A DNA stretch of 64,000 nucleotides from Lama guanicoe (Eukaryota): contig MU053504.1 in NCBI GenBank assembly GCA_013239625.1, positions 994,001 to 1,058,000 on the forward strand, given 5' to 3'. Made by a program: the position numbers and the translations under genes. Below, piece after piece: positions 28,016 to 41,260 of the stretch. Positions within the stretch are counted from its first letter, which is position 1, and each line of letters starts with the position of its first letter. The notes under the pieces are model-generated. The model was given only the letters and a program-made list of their open reading frames with translations. It ran no database searches and was not told the DNA's origin.

Positions 28016-28428
28016 GAGATATCACCAATCTGGTTGACAATATATTACTTTAGACTTCTAGTTGAGTCCGAGTAAAGGTCAGAGTGTTCTGGGAGTGCTT
28101 AGTCTCATGGAACAACGTTGTTTTGAGAAACGCAGCGGCTCCCAAAGCAGGAGACATGAGTCTGCAATGACTGAGTGGCCTTTTGATAAAGGTCTCGCTG
28201 TGTCACGGTTTTCACAAGTCTCGACCTGGAGGCCTCTCCACCCCATTCAGTCTAAGCACAGGGAGGTGGGGGCTTTGTGGGCTGTGCAGACACACAACAA
28301 ATTCTTCCCTCCTGACTTCTTACCTTTGTACCCCTTACTTCCTAGGTCATCCCCAAAGCCCTCCTTAGTGGCAGGCTCAGTCCACTCAGTCCACAGCTGC
28401 TCTGGAAAGAGGAAAAGAGTGTTCTCAT

Positions 28429-28850
28429 TGTTAGCAAATGGAAGATTGGCCAAACAGACACATCAGAGTTTGGAGCAGAGAAAGGTTTATTGCTGGGCTG
28501 AGCAAGAAGTACAGGTGGCTTATGCCCCCCAAACCCCCACTTCCCTAAGGGATTTCAGCTGAGCCTTTTTAAAGGACAGCTGAGGCAGGGGCATCCCAGA
28601 GTCTGTGATCAGCTGTGCATAATCTGATTGACTGATAGTGATCAATCTTTAGGTGCCAGAAGGTCTGGGGGCCACTTGCTCATGATCATCAAGTAGTTAA
28701 TTTCTTCCATTGGGTGGTGGTTTTTAGCATCCAAGAAACTCAGGACATATGCATGAGATACTATGATCTGGGTACTTCAGAGGAGCTACAGCAGAGGATA
28801 CAGGGGAGGGGTCTGTCCCAGGAAGGCCCATAGGGTCCTGCTCAGTTACA
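28429..28850 (-). mobile_element. ERV1-type solo LTR
   Basis: TG...CA termini. The minus strand starts TGTAACTGAGCAGGACCCTATGGG and carries an AATAAA (tttatt at 28486-28491) near its 3' end. TSD not clean. Confidence 0.7.
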
Positions 28851-29216
28851 TAGTCACCATTCCAGACAACAAATTTCCCAGTTCTCATCCAAGGTATTCA
28901 TCAAAGCACAATTTAGCAGGAAGCACAGAAAAACGCAGAAGCTGGGTTACAAATGCCACTGGAAAATGTCTGCTGGTATCCACTTTGCATCAGACACCGA
29001 AGCAGACTGTGGAATATTCCGTAAGGAGCTCCTGCTCTCGTGGGGAAATGGTGTGACTCCATGCTGGCCGGAAACAGGGATTCTGAAGTGAAATGAGCCT
29101 GATGGGGAGAAATTGCCTCTCCTGGATCAGGGAAAGGAGGTGCACTTGATTCTGTCCTTCAAAGAAAAGAGAAGGCTGTTGCCAGGCAGGTAGAGGAAGA
29201 GCACACCCAAAGGTAT

Positions 29217-29650
29217 TGTGTTAGGGAAGACAGTCAGCTGTGCTCATGCAGACTCAGGTAACAGTGGGCTGAACAAAACGCAAGTGTATCTCTTTCTATT
29301 ATCACAGTCCAGGCTTAAGTGGTCTTCTGGCTCCTATGGTCCCATAATATCAGAGACCCAGACCCACCCCTCCTGAGGCTCCACCACACTTGAGGTCCCA
29401 CCCTCATCCATTGGCGTGGTCCAGAACCATCCCATCTGCCTTCCAGCCAGTGGGAGTGGGCAAGCAGAAGGCCAGGCCTGCCCCTTTCTTCTGATGGCAC
29501 AAATCGGAAGTTGCGCACTTCACTTCCATTCACATCCCATTTGCCAGAAAACAGCTGCAAGGGAGGCTGGGAAATGCCCTTTTCAAATGCAAGCTTCTAT
29601 TGCTCTATAAGAAAGTGGGGGACACCTAGAGGTTTCTGCCCCCAGCACAG
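29217..29650 (-). mobile_element. MaLR MLT1J-like LTR
   Basis: aacagtgggctgaacaaa...cagagacccagacc...cacttccattcacatcccatttgccagaa...gcaagggaggctgggaaatg. Confidence 0.7.
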
Positions 29651-29780
29651 AGGTGAGAAAGTGGAGGGAGGTTTGAGCAGTCAGTAGCTAGGTGTGTTTC
29701 GAAGTTGTAGGAGGGGGAAGGAAATACAGCAGGAAAGGTGGGTTGGAGCCACGTGGTGGGGGCCACTTCACTCTGTAAGT

Positions 29781-29955
29781 CAGTGGCTGCAAACCTGAGG
29801 GCACAGCAGCATTGCCCCAGGGCTGGTTGAAGGCCCCGAGAGCTGAGCCCCGCCTGAGTGTCTGATTCAGTAGGTCTGCAGAGGGGCCTGAAAGGTACAT
29901 TTCCAACCAGACAAAGGGATGCTGGCACTGCTGGTCCAGGAACCTTGAGAAATGT
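29781..29955. mobile_element. MER5A-like MITE
   Basis: cagtggctgcaaacc...ctgattcagtaggtctg...gatgctggcactgctggtcc...ccttgagaa. Confidence 0.75.
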
Positions 29956-30269
29956 GAGCCACAGAAAGTTTTACAGAGAAGAGCAAGCGGACAGGTGTGT
30001 ATTTCAGACAGCTGATTCTGTTACAGCGACAGCGAACAAGCTGTACCAGAGCTGCCCGGAGCACTGGAGCTTCTCACCCTCTTGATCCTTAATGTTCCTG
30101 AGAAATTTCACTCAAGAATAACTGGAATGATAAAGAGCATGCAAAGCAGCGTTCACGGAGCTCCAGTGCCCAAGGGCCACTCCCACACCTGAGTGTTTCC
30201 ATCAACGATAATAATGAGGACCATTCACCTACTCAGGGTGCCAAGGACTAGGAGATGGCACAGATCAAA

Positions 30270-30900
30270 AAGTGGGATGATGTTCCCAGGCCGTGGGGAC
30301 TCATGCACTCTCCTATACTGTGGGTTGGAGAGAAAATTGGTACAACCCCTGGAAGGCAATTTGACAACTGAATCAGAATTTTAAATGCCCATGCCCTTTG
30401 ACCCAATGGTTCCATTTCCAAGAATTGAGCCTACAGATATACTTGTGTTTACGAGCAAAAGGCAGGTTATTCAATGCCCATTGTTTGTACTGGCAAGAGA
30501 TGAGAAATAACCTAACTATCGCCCATAGAGGGTGGGTTAAATAAACCATGGTGCATCTGAAAATGGAATAAAGGGTAGCCTTTAAAAATAACAAGTTAGA
30601 TCTATATAAGCCAGTTTAGAATAATCATAGATAGATAAACATATGTCTTTCTTTCTCTCATACGTGTGTGTGTGTCAAGGGGCAGAACACACATACTGTG
30701 GTGATATGCTGTCATGTAAAAATACACATGTGCAGACATATATATATATGCTCATATATGCAGAGTACATCTCTGGAAGGATTCAGAGAAACAGTCTACC
30801 CTCTGGGATAGGAACTGGAGTGGAGGTCCAGGGTGAGAAGGAAATTTACTTTTCACTGAAAACTTTTTTGTTTGTTTGATTTTTTTCAATGTTATTTGTT
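30270..30900 (+). mobile_element. L1ME-like fragment
   Basis: aaattggtacaacccctggaaggcaatttgaca...ccctttgacccaatggttccatttcc. Confidence 0.7.
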
Positions 30901-31990
30901 ATTTAAATAAACAAACATAGAAGGAGTGCCATGTGCTTTATCTCACTAAATCTTCAGAGTAACCTAGAAAGGAAGAAATCTTGCTATTCACAAGGCACAG
31001 GGAGGTTAAATCATTTGGAGGAGGGGCAGAAAGCAGATGGAAGGAGCTTTGATTACAAATTAAAACCCCACAAGGGTTTGCCACTTTCCATGGTGTCAAT
31101 ACTCCCATCCTAGTTGATTTCAAGCTGGATGTGATGTCACTGAGAGCTGGGAACAGATGTGCATGAACATAAGCCCAGAGGAAGCAGCTCCAACACACCC
31201 TTGTAGGGACCTTGCACCCCCAAAAAGGCACTGTTGACTCCTCTTACCTCGTACTTGAGAAATGTAAGCAAATATACCACTTTAGAACCTAAGAGCAGTT
31301 TCCAGGGATCTTTATAATAGACACTAGGGTGTTTATGGTATAAACAACCTGACTTGGTTTACAATAAATTTGAAACAGAAATTCAAATTAAGCATCTGTA
31401 TTTTATATTTGCAAATTGCTTCGCCATTCTCTTTATGAAACACTGCACACAGCTATACTAGCATAAGGCAATAAAAGAACAATAAATTAATCAGTGTTAG
31501 CATTCTGTCAACACAGCCCCATATTCTTAGCAGGGCCAGCAATCTAAATTAGGAAAGTAGCCTAGAAACCTCTGTGCTTTAATGGGCGAGGTAGGGCGAG
31601 AGGACCAGACAGACCTGGACTCCAGTTGGGTTCCAGCTCTGCCACTTGCAAGGTACCTTGGGCAAATCACCTCACCTCTGAGTTTCAAATTACTCATCTG
31701 TTAAGGGAGGGTAATGCTCACTATACAGATTTGTACAGGCAGGTCTGCCAGGTTTAATAGGTGGGGTTCACGTGTGGTCTATACCTGGCTAGAAGACAGA
31801 GTGGTTTTCCCCAGAAATGATCCCTCAAAGTGGGAGTTGCTTTATATTTAAGTTATTATTAAGCCTTACAGAATCTTTCACATTTCCTAGACTCTCTCAA
31901 TCACTTTACTTATTTAAAGTAACAGAGTAGTGTTTGCAAAAGACCAATTTATAGAAGTCACCTGAAGGAAGTGGTTTAAAAAAGTTTTGA

Positions 31991-32112
31991 TGTGCTAATA
32001 ACTTCATGATATATGTAAGTCAAATCATTACGCTGTACATCTTAAACTTATACAAGCTGTCTGTCAATTACATCCTAATAAAACTTGAAGGAAAAAAAAC
32101 CAAAAAAACAAA
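31991..32112 (+). mobile_element. Very short 5'-truncated L1 3' end with A tail
   Basis: gtaagtcaaatcattacgctgtacatcttaaacttatac...aataaaacttgaagg-An. Imperfect TSD aaaaagttttga / aaaacaattttga. Confidence 0.75.
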
Positions 32113-32574
32113 AACAATTTTGACACAGATGTAGTCATTATACTGGAGGTTGACCGCATATCCCTTGTAAAGATCTAAAATCTAAAGGAAAGCCACAGTG
32201 CAATAGAGCCGGGAGACTGTGGACTGAATACTTCTTTCTTTGTGTTCTCATGAGATCCTATGTTCCTCCATGACATATTATTCATCTCAATCCCCAATCC
32301 AGCAAACAGCAGGGGCTTAATCAGTACTCACTGAGAAAATGAGTGATGAGGTGTAGTCTACATGATTGCCTACTCTTTTTAAACTGAATTTTATTGTTTT
32401 TTCATATCCACAAAAAGGGACTTAAATATTAATACCAGAAATACATAGGTTAAAAAGTTCAAATCATACAAAAGTGTTGAAAGAATCCCCTAGGGAGAAT
32501 TCTTTTTGGCATCTAGAGTATTATTTATCCAACTATTTCTTTTATGCATGCAGAAACTAACACGTAAGTACAGA

Positions 32575-32820
32575 AGTTGTATCATGTAATGGCTTAAGAT
32601 CACAACCTTTGGAATCGGATATGTCTTGGTTTGAAACCAAGTTCCACCATTTCTTAATGGTACCACCTCGAGAAAGTCACATAACTTCTCTGTGCCTCAG
32701 TTTCTATGAAAAATGAAGGTAATAATGAAACCTACCCTATAGGCATACTGGAATAATAAATTAGCACATATAAAGCATGTAGGACAGCCCCAAATAAACA
32801 ACTCAATGAAGGTTAGCAAC
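32575..32820 (+). mobile_element. MIR SINE within a minus-strand L1ME remnant
   Basis: aagtcacataacttctctgtgcctcagtttct...acctaccctatagg. Confidence 0.75.
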
Positions 32821-34332
32821 TGTGTACACATATTTAAACAAAATATGAGGTCATACTATAGATCCTAGTTTACATTTGCTTTTTCATGTAACAGTATATT
32901 GTGAATACTTGCTCTGTGGTAGTACACATGGAGCTAATTCCTTCTTTTTGATGGCTCCATGACATTCAAATGTGTGCCTCTATGTAACTAATCCCGTCTC
33001 TGGCACTTGAGTATTTCTAATATTTTACTATTACGAATGACCACAATAAAAATCCTTATGGCACATATATATTGTTCCACACTTGGGTAAACATTTCTAT
33101 AGGATAAATTCTAGAAATGAAATTGCTGGTTCAGAGTGTATGAATTTTTAAATATATTAATAAACAATGAGTTATCAAATTGCCTTCCTGAAAGGGTGTG
33201 TGCTTTACACTTTGATCAACGAGTGTACTTTGTTGTCCTACGTTATGTACATTTCAACCAGATCCCCCAGTCCTTTATTTGGAACGTTCCACTAGTTGTA
33301 GGATAAAGGACTTTGCCCTGCTAGCTCTGCATCATATTCCTTTATCTTTCCAAAAATCATAACTAACTCGTAGGAACTTAGCAACCAGTTTTCTGCAGCA
33401 AATATTCAGATAATAGCCTGATAAAGAACTTCTATGGCATTCCCAGATGGGAGAGGAAGAAAGGTTGGAATTTCTGAGCCTTTTCAGTGGCAGGTTGGAG
33501 GAAATTAGAACAATCCTTTAAGTTTGGGAAACAGGGTGGCTGAATCTGCTTCCCTCTGTTTTCTGTGACTCAGATCCTTGTTAAATAGACGAGGGGCCCT
33601 CTCTGTTGAGTCTAGTGGCTGCAATGTCTCTAGTGCAGTGTCCCCAGGGTGTGATTTGGGTACTTATTACTTGTAGCCCTCCAGATGCTTCCAGGTAATA
33701 CAAAGACAACAGGTGGATGTTACAGCCAGAAGCTGAACAGCGCCACCAAGCTGACAGGCTGTTTCAGTGGTGGCTTAAGCCCATGCCACTTTAATTTTTA
33801 ATTTCAATTTTAATCCAAGTAATAAATATACATAATGTTTAAGAGTTAGTTACTACTACAGCTTAGATACCACTACAAGGCTTATAACAAAAATTCTGTC
33901 TCACCATCAAGTCCCATCCCATGAAGAAATAACTCATTCTATAGTTACTTCTTTATACCTGATTATGGTGTCACTAACTTACAGCTATGGAGAATAAGGA
34001 CTTAGTTTTCCTCTCTCTCTGTCTACACACACACCCCCCCCCCACTCCAATTTTCCCAAAATAATCATATCATAATTTTTGGTTAAATCAATGTACTGTT
34101 TTTACATTACAATGACAATGTAATATTATTTCCAGCTAGGCATTATAATTTATGATGATTACGTTTTCCTTATAAACTGTCTTTGTTTTCTTGATTTTAA
34201 TAATCACCTCGTGTCTTCTTTGCTTAGATTCTCTGTAATAGCTCCAATCCATCCCCAAATTCTTTGCCAGAACTCCAGTCCCCTACAATTGCCCCAGTTT
34301 TGTGCTCGGTCTAGGGGCAGTGTAGCGTAGGG

Positions 34333-34525
34333 TAGTGGTTCCCAAAGTGTGGTTCCCATACAGCAACATGAACATCAGCACCACCCGGATCCAGTTAGAT
34401 ATGCAAATCAAGCCCTACCCGAGACTTAACCGATTGGCCGCTCTGGGTGGGGGTGGGGCCTAGCAATCTAGTTTGTTACCAGCCCTACCCGTGATGCTGA
34501 GGTGCACTCAAGCTTGAGAACACCG
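34333..34525. mobile_element. MER5A-like MITE
   Basis: tagtggttcccaaagtgtgg...gttagatatgcaaat...ctcaagcttgagaacacc. Confidence 0.8.
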
Positions 34526-36309
34526 GTTTGTATAAGGGTTAAGAGCTTGGTCATTAAAACCCAGGGCTGCTGGGTGTCAGATTTTAGCTATTTCACTTGT
34601 GATGTAACAGCTTCCGAGGCTCAATCTTCCCATTCGTATAACAGTTGCTGTGAGACCCATGGTGTTAGGCAGCACGACAGGCTCTGGTTTCTCTTGGACA
34701 GGCCCTCCCGGAGCTCCTGAAATCCAGTTCCATTATGCAAGGGGAGTTTAAGACGACAGCATAGCACCCTACTCAGATTATACTCTCTGTTGAGGTACCC
34801 ACCTCCAGCTTCTGTCCTTCAGCATCTCCACGGCCCCTCTGAAGCCCTCCTCTCCCCTTAACCCGCTCCCACCCCCAGCTACTCTACTACAACCACCATT
34901 ATCTCTGCCATAGCCCCGCGCCACGTCCAGCCCCCAACCCTTCCTCCCCCTGCCCACTCTCTTTCCACTGGAGCGGTCTCAGCCCCGTCTCCCAGCTGCC
35001 ATCCCCTCCACACTCCTCCACTGCACCCACCCTTCCCCTCCCAGGCTAGGCCAACTACTTCCCATGGCACCACCCCCTTCACCCGAGGCTGGCTGCCCCT
35101 TGGGTGTTCTCACCCCTTAAGTACCAGGGATGGAGAGGGTGCATGACCATTCTGCTTCTTGCTACGGGGCAACTCACCTGAGCCTCAGCCCTCTCCAGCT
35201 GCATCACTAACCACAGCGCTTCGCGTGCTGTCATTGCTCCATGTCCTCACTGCCGCCCACAAGCCCCTGCCTCATGAGTGGGCCCCATCTTGTCTCTCCG
35301 CATTCTCCGAGCCTCCTCATGACTCTCCCCTATTCCCTGCACTCAGTGCCACAGGCCCCCTTGCAGCCTCCCACCTCAGGGCCATTGCACTTGATCTTCC
35401 CTCAGACGAGGGAGGACTGCTCTTCTAGTCAGTATGTATTTCGCCGATTCTTTTACTTCAATGAGGTCTCTACTCAATGGTCACCTCCTTACAGCAGTTT
35501 TCCCAAACCATCCACTCTAAAATAGCACCTCCCCTCTCCCTTGCTATTCCTTCACTGGCTTTATTGTCCTTTGAGGGCTAATGTTATTTGGAATCACATA
35601 ATTCCATTATGTCTTATTTTCTTTGTCAGCTCTCTCAAAGGCCAGTGTTTACTGGAAGGGCCTAAAGCCTCACTGCTACCTGTCCCTTTTCCTTCTCTTC
35701 TTGTCACTAAATGTTGACCTCTAATCATGTCTGGCACTGTGTGGGGCTCCAGGGAACTCCAGGTAGGCCTGTTTGTCAACAGAGAAAAGCGTGGAAGGCT
35801 TGCCGTAAACGTTCCCATAAATGCTTACCTTGGGAAGGGCTGAGCCGGGTAAGGTGGTGTGCAGAGCCTGGCATCTCAGTTCCAATCCCAGCTGATCAAA
35901 CTCCTCCCTCAGTCTCCTCATCTGGAAAATGGGGCTGATGATAGTAAACCTCACAGGATGGTCGTTCATGAGAATTTGTGAAATCCAGTGCTTGAGAGAG
36001 AGAAAACATTAATAAATGTTGGCTATTGGCCATCATAAGAAGAGGTTACTTTTGTAACTTAAGAAAAACCAGAATAAAAGAAAAAATGGTCAAGCCATCA
36101 ACAATTTTTCAAGTAGCCTGGCCCTTCTCACAAGCATGTGACAGGACCTATATTCCTTATGGTCTTCTCAGAACTTCAGATCCAAGCTCTCTTAAAATTC
36201 AGGTGGGGAAACTGGCTGGAAGAGAGCTTGCTCAACCCATGGGGCTGATGAGGGAAGGAACAGAGCCCTTCCTGAGCACGAGGTAGCCTTCTGTCCCTAG
36301 AAGCTCTAA

Positions 36310-36410
36310 ACAATCAGGTTTATTTATCTATTTAATGGAGGTACTAGGGATTGAACCCAGGCCCTCATGCATACTAAGCATGCGCTCTACCACTGAGCTA
36401 TACCCGCCCC
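36310..36410 (-). mobile_element. tRNA-Ala-derived SINE (Vic-1-like) with perfect TSD
   Basis: Reverse tRNA-like head. cctagaagctctaa is duplicated at 36296-36309 and 36411-36424. Confidence 0.95.
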
Positions 36411-36469
36411 CCTAGAAGCTCTAAGTACAATGTGAGTGTTCATGGTGGCATGTTTTGGGTTTGCTTTTT

Positions 36470-37310
36470 CATCTTTTAAATCAACTTTATTACAATCTAA
36501 TTTACATACAATAAAATTCCATCACCCAGAAAATTCCCTTGTGCCCCTTGGCATCTAAATTCCCATCCAAAGATAACCACTGATATGATTCCTGCCACCG
36601 CAGAGCAGTGCAGCTTGACTTTATATTAATGGAATCACAGAGAATGTATTTTTCCTCCATTTTTTTTACAGCTTTATTGAGGTAAAGCTGTAAAATTGAT
36701 GTACCTAAATTGCGTTTATTTAAAGTGTACAGTTTGAAGTGTTTTTTAACATACTGCCCCCTTGAAACTATCACAAGATAATTTCAAGATAATGAACGTA
36801 TCCATCTCCTCAGAAAGTTTCCCATATACCTTTGTATTCCATCCCTCCCTCCGTCCGCACCCCAACTACTAATTTGCTTTCTGTCACCATAAATTAGTTT
36901 GCATTTTAAAGAATCGTATATAAAATCATCCAGTTTATATATACCCTCTGGTGCCTGGCTTCTTTCACTTAACAGAATTATTTTGATTCATCCTTGTTGT
37001 CAGATCAATACTTCATTCTTTTTTTCCCCCCACTGAACAGCATTTCTTGGTTCAAGAATACCACAATTTAGTTATCTAGTCATTTACTGATGAACATTAG
37101 AGTATTTTCCAGTTTGAGACTTTTATGGAAAAAGCCACGATAAACATTCTTATGCCAGTGTATTTGTGAACATAAGTTTTCCTTTATCTTGGGTAAATAC
37201 CTAGGCATGGGATTACTGGGCCACAGAGTAGATATGTATTTAACTTTATAGGAAACTGCCAAAGTTTTTTTTGCCAAAGTAGGTGTACCATTTCACATTC
37301 TCACCAATTG
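36470..37310 (-). mobile_element. Old L1 (L1MB/ME) 3' fragments
   Basis: ctggcttctttcacttaacaga...ttgggtaaatacctaggcatgggattactggg...ttaactttataggaaactgccaaa. Confidence 0.8.
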
Positions 37311-37441
37311 GCTTAAGTTTGACATCAATCATGTTCCTGTCTCAGGGCTTCTCTACTTATTCCCCTCTTCCTGAAATACCTTTCCATAGTTTAGCAGGGC
37401 TGGCCTCAGGTTTCAGCTCACGCGTCATATTCCAAAGAGAC

Positions 37442-37835
37442 TGTTATTGACCTGTTATAGACTGCCCCCCTCCCCATCCCTGCCAAAATCATATGTTGAA
37501 TTCACAGCCTCCACTACCTTAGAATGTAACATATTTGGAGATAAAGTCTTTAAAAGGCTGATTAAGGTAAAAATAAGCCAGTCAGGGTGCGCCCTAAACC
37601 AATGTGACTGTGTCCTTATAAGAAAAGGATAAGATACCCACACAGAGAAAACGTCTTGTGGGGACACAGCCAGAAGGCTGCCACCTGCAAACTATGGAGA
37701 GAGGTCTCAGGAGGAACCAAACCTGCCAGCACTTTGACCCTGGACTTCTAGTCTCTGAAACTTCGAGAAAATAAACTTCTGTTAAACCACCCAGCTCGTG
37801 GTATTTTGTTATGGTAGCCCTAACAAAGTAATACA
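37442..37835 (+). mobile_element. MaLR MLT1A/B-type solo LTR inserted in L2
   Basis: TGTTAT...atttggagataaagtcttt...aaataaacttctgtt...gtattttgttatggtagccctaacaaagtaataCA. Near-TSD gagac/gaggc. Confidence 0.88.
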
Positions 37836-37859
37836 GAGGCCTTCCAATCACTACTTTGT

Positions 37860-38690
37860 TACCATTAGAATAACTGACTCAGGCAAGAATCATTAATGAA
37901 TATTAAAAACAGTGGGTGAGGGTCTGATGAAAAACAGGATGGTCCGAAAATAACTTCCCACTTCCTACAAAATACTTAGTTACAACGGGAACCTTGGCAG
38001 ACACCACCTTAACAAAAGGATCAAAGTTAACATCATCAATATTGGAATAAGCCAACATATTGCGCCTCCTGATGTGATACACTGAGGACACAATTTCTTT
38101 CAGTGGCTTTCCTGCCCAAAATGCATAACCTGATTCTAATTAATCATGAGAAAATATCAGAGAAATCCAAACTTAGGGACATCTACAAAATAACTCACCA
38201 GTACTCTTCAAACATGTCAAGGTCATAAAGGACAATGAAAAGTAATTAACTGCCTTTCTAAATTAAAGGAAACTAAAGAGGCATGACAACCAAATGCAAA
38301 ATGTGATCCTGGATCTTAGGGAATGCTATATTATTGGGACAATAAGCAAAAATTAAATATGAAAGATGTATTTAAGAATTCTATTGCTAAAATTCTCGAT
38401 TTTGATAATTGTACTGAGATTTTGCAAAAGAATATCCATGTTTTTAGGAAATATACACATAAGTATTTAGGGATTAAAGGGGCACGAGGTCTGAAACTTA
38501 CTCTAAAGTGGTTTGGGGAAAAAGCACATATACATATTGTGTACAATATACATACACATATCCACAAGAGAGAATATGATAATGCAAATGTAGTAAAATA
38601 TAGCTAATCGTTATTCTGGTTAAAAAGTGTATGAGATTCTTTACTATTCTTGCAATTTATATGTAAATTTGAAATTTTATTGAAAAAAAA
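37860..38690 (+). mobile_element. L1ME/L1MC 3'UTR fragment
   Basis: cttggcagacaccaccttaac...atcaaagttaacatca...catgacaaccaaatgcaa...tactattcttgcaattt. Confidence 0.75.
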
Positions 38691-39597
38691 ATTAGTCTTT
38701 CAATGACCACACTAACAGAAGCGGCCTGTCCCCAGATCCCAGACACTTTTTGGCTCATTCTTTTTCTCTGACACTTATCCCTGTCAAAAAAAGATGCTAT
38801 ATTATTATATATTTGTGAATTATTAATGTATTAGGTTATTTAATATCTAACATTTAGTGTGTGCAAGGCCCTGTCCTATTTTAACCTCACTGAATCCTCC
38901 AACTACTGTTCTTCCGTATCATAGATGACTCGACACAAAAAGTTAATTAACTTGCACAAGGTCACCCATATGATTTGATAAGGCACAGTACCTCAACCAA
39001 GGTAGACTGTCTTGTTTATTGCTCTTTCCCTGGCAACTTAGAACAAAGACGGCGCCTAGTGCATTAGAGACATTCAATAAATATCTGGCGATGCAGTTAA
39101 TAAACATGGGGCACCTACTAGGCATTGAGATACAAAGCAGTGAACAAAATATTAAAAAATTCATGCTTAAGTGGAGCTTACACTGAGGGCTCTCAGCCTT
39201 GCACCCAATTAGCCACTTTATATATAAATATATACATTTCACTTGGCGCTATCAACCCTGGGAGGTAAGACGCAGTTTACCCACTTTGTATAAGAGGAAA
39301 CTGAGGCTCCAAGTAGGCAATGATCTGCCCAGGATTAAGGGGCTAATAGGAGACAGGGTGTGGATTCCAGCCCAGTCCTGGCGGTTCCCAGGCACGATTT
39401 GTGAGTTAATTAAACCGACCAATCCACTCAAGCAATCAGCATTTATTAGGGCCTACTGGGTGCGGTTCCTCTTCTCTCAGAGCCGGAGAGGAAAAGAAGA
39501 GGTTGCCGTGCGCAGACAGCTGCGGAGGCCGGGAAGCCACAGCGGATCGCTGGAATTTGGCGCCTATTTTTTGTGGGTTTTGTGTTCTCGCCTGTGA

Positions 39598-40014
<417 letters not shown>

Positions 40015-40363
40015 TAAAAAGCTAGTACCGAAGCTGAAAGTACCCCCGCGGTCTCGGGCGCCTAGGGAGGGCAGTTGGAGCCCCCTGGTCGGCGCGCTCA
40101 GGGACGCCGAACTTTTAAGTCACCCCCTTCCACCCGCGGCCCTGCGGGACTTGGGTCGGTCCGCTGGGCTCCAGCTCGGGCTTAATTCAATGGTCTGTTT
40201 ACACCCGGGAGATCACAGGGCGGGACGTGGGGAGGGGCATCCCACAGGGAGTCAGGCGGGGAAACAGACTTCAACAGTCCGAATTGCTTCTTAAGGCGAT
40301 TTTCCTAGGTCACGAAATCTGCGGGTCCTCGCTTTTCGTATTGCTACACGATAAATTAACTGA

Positions 40364-41260
<897 letters not shown>

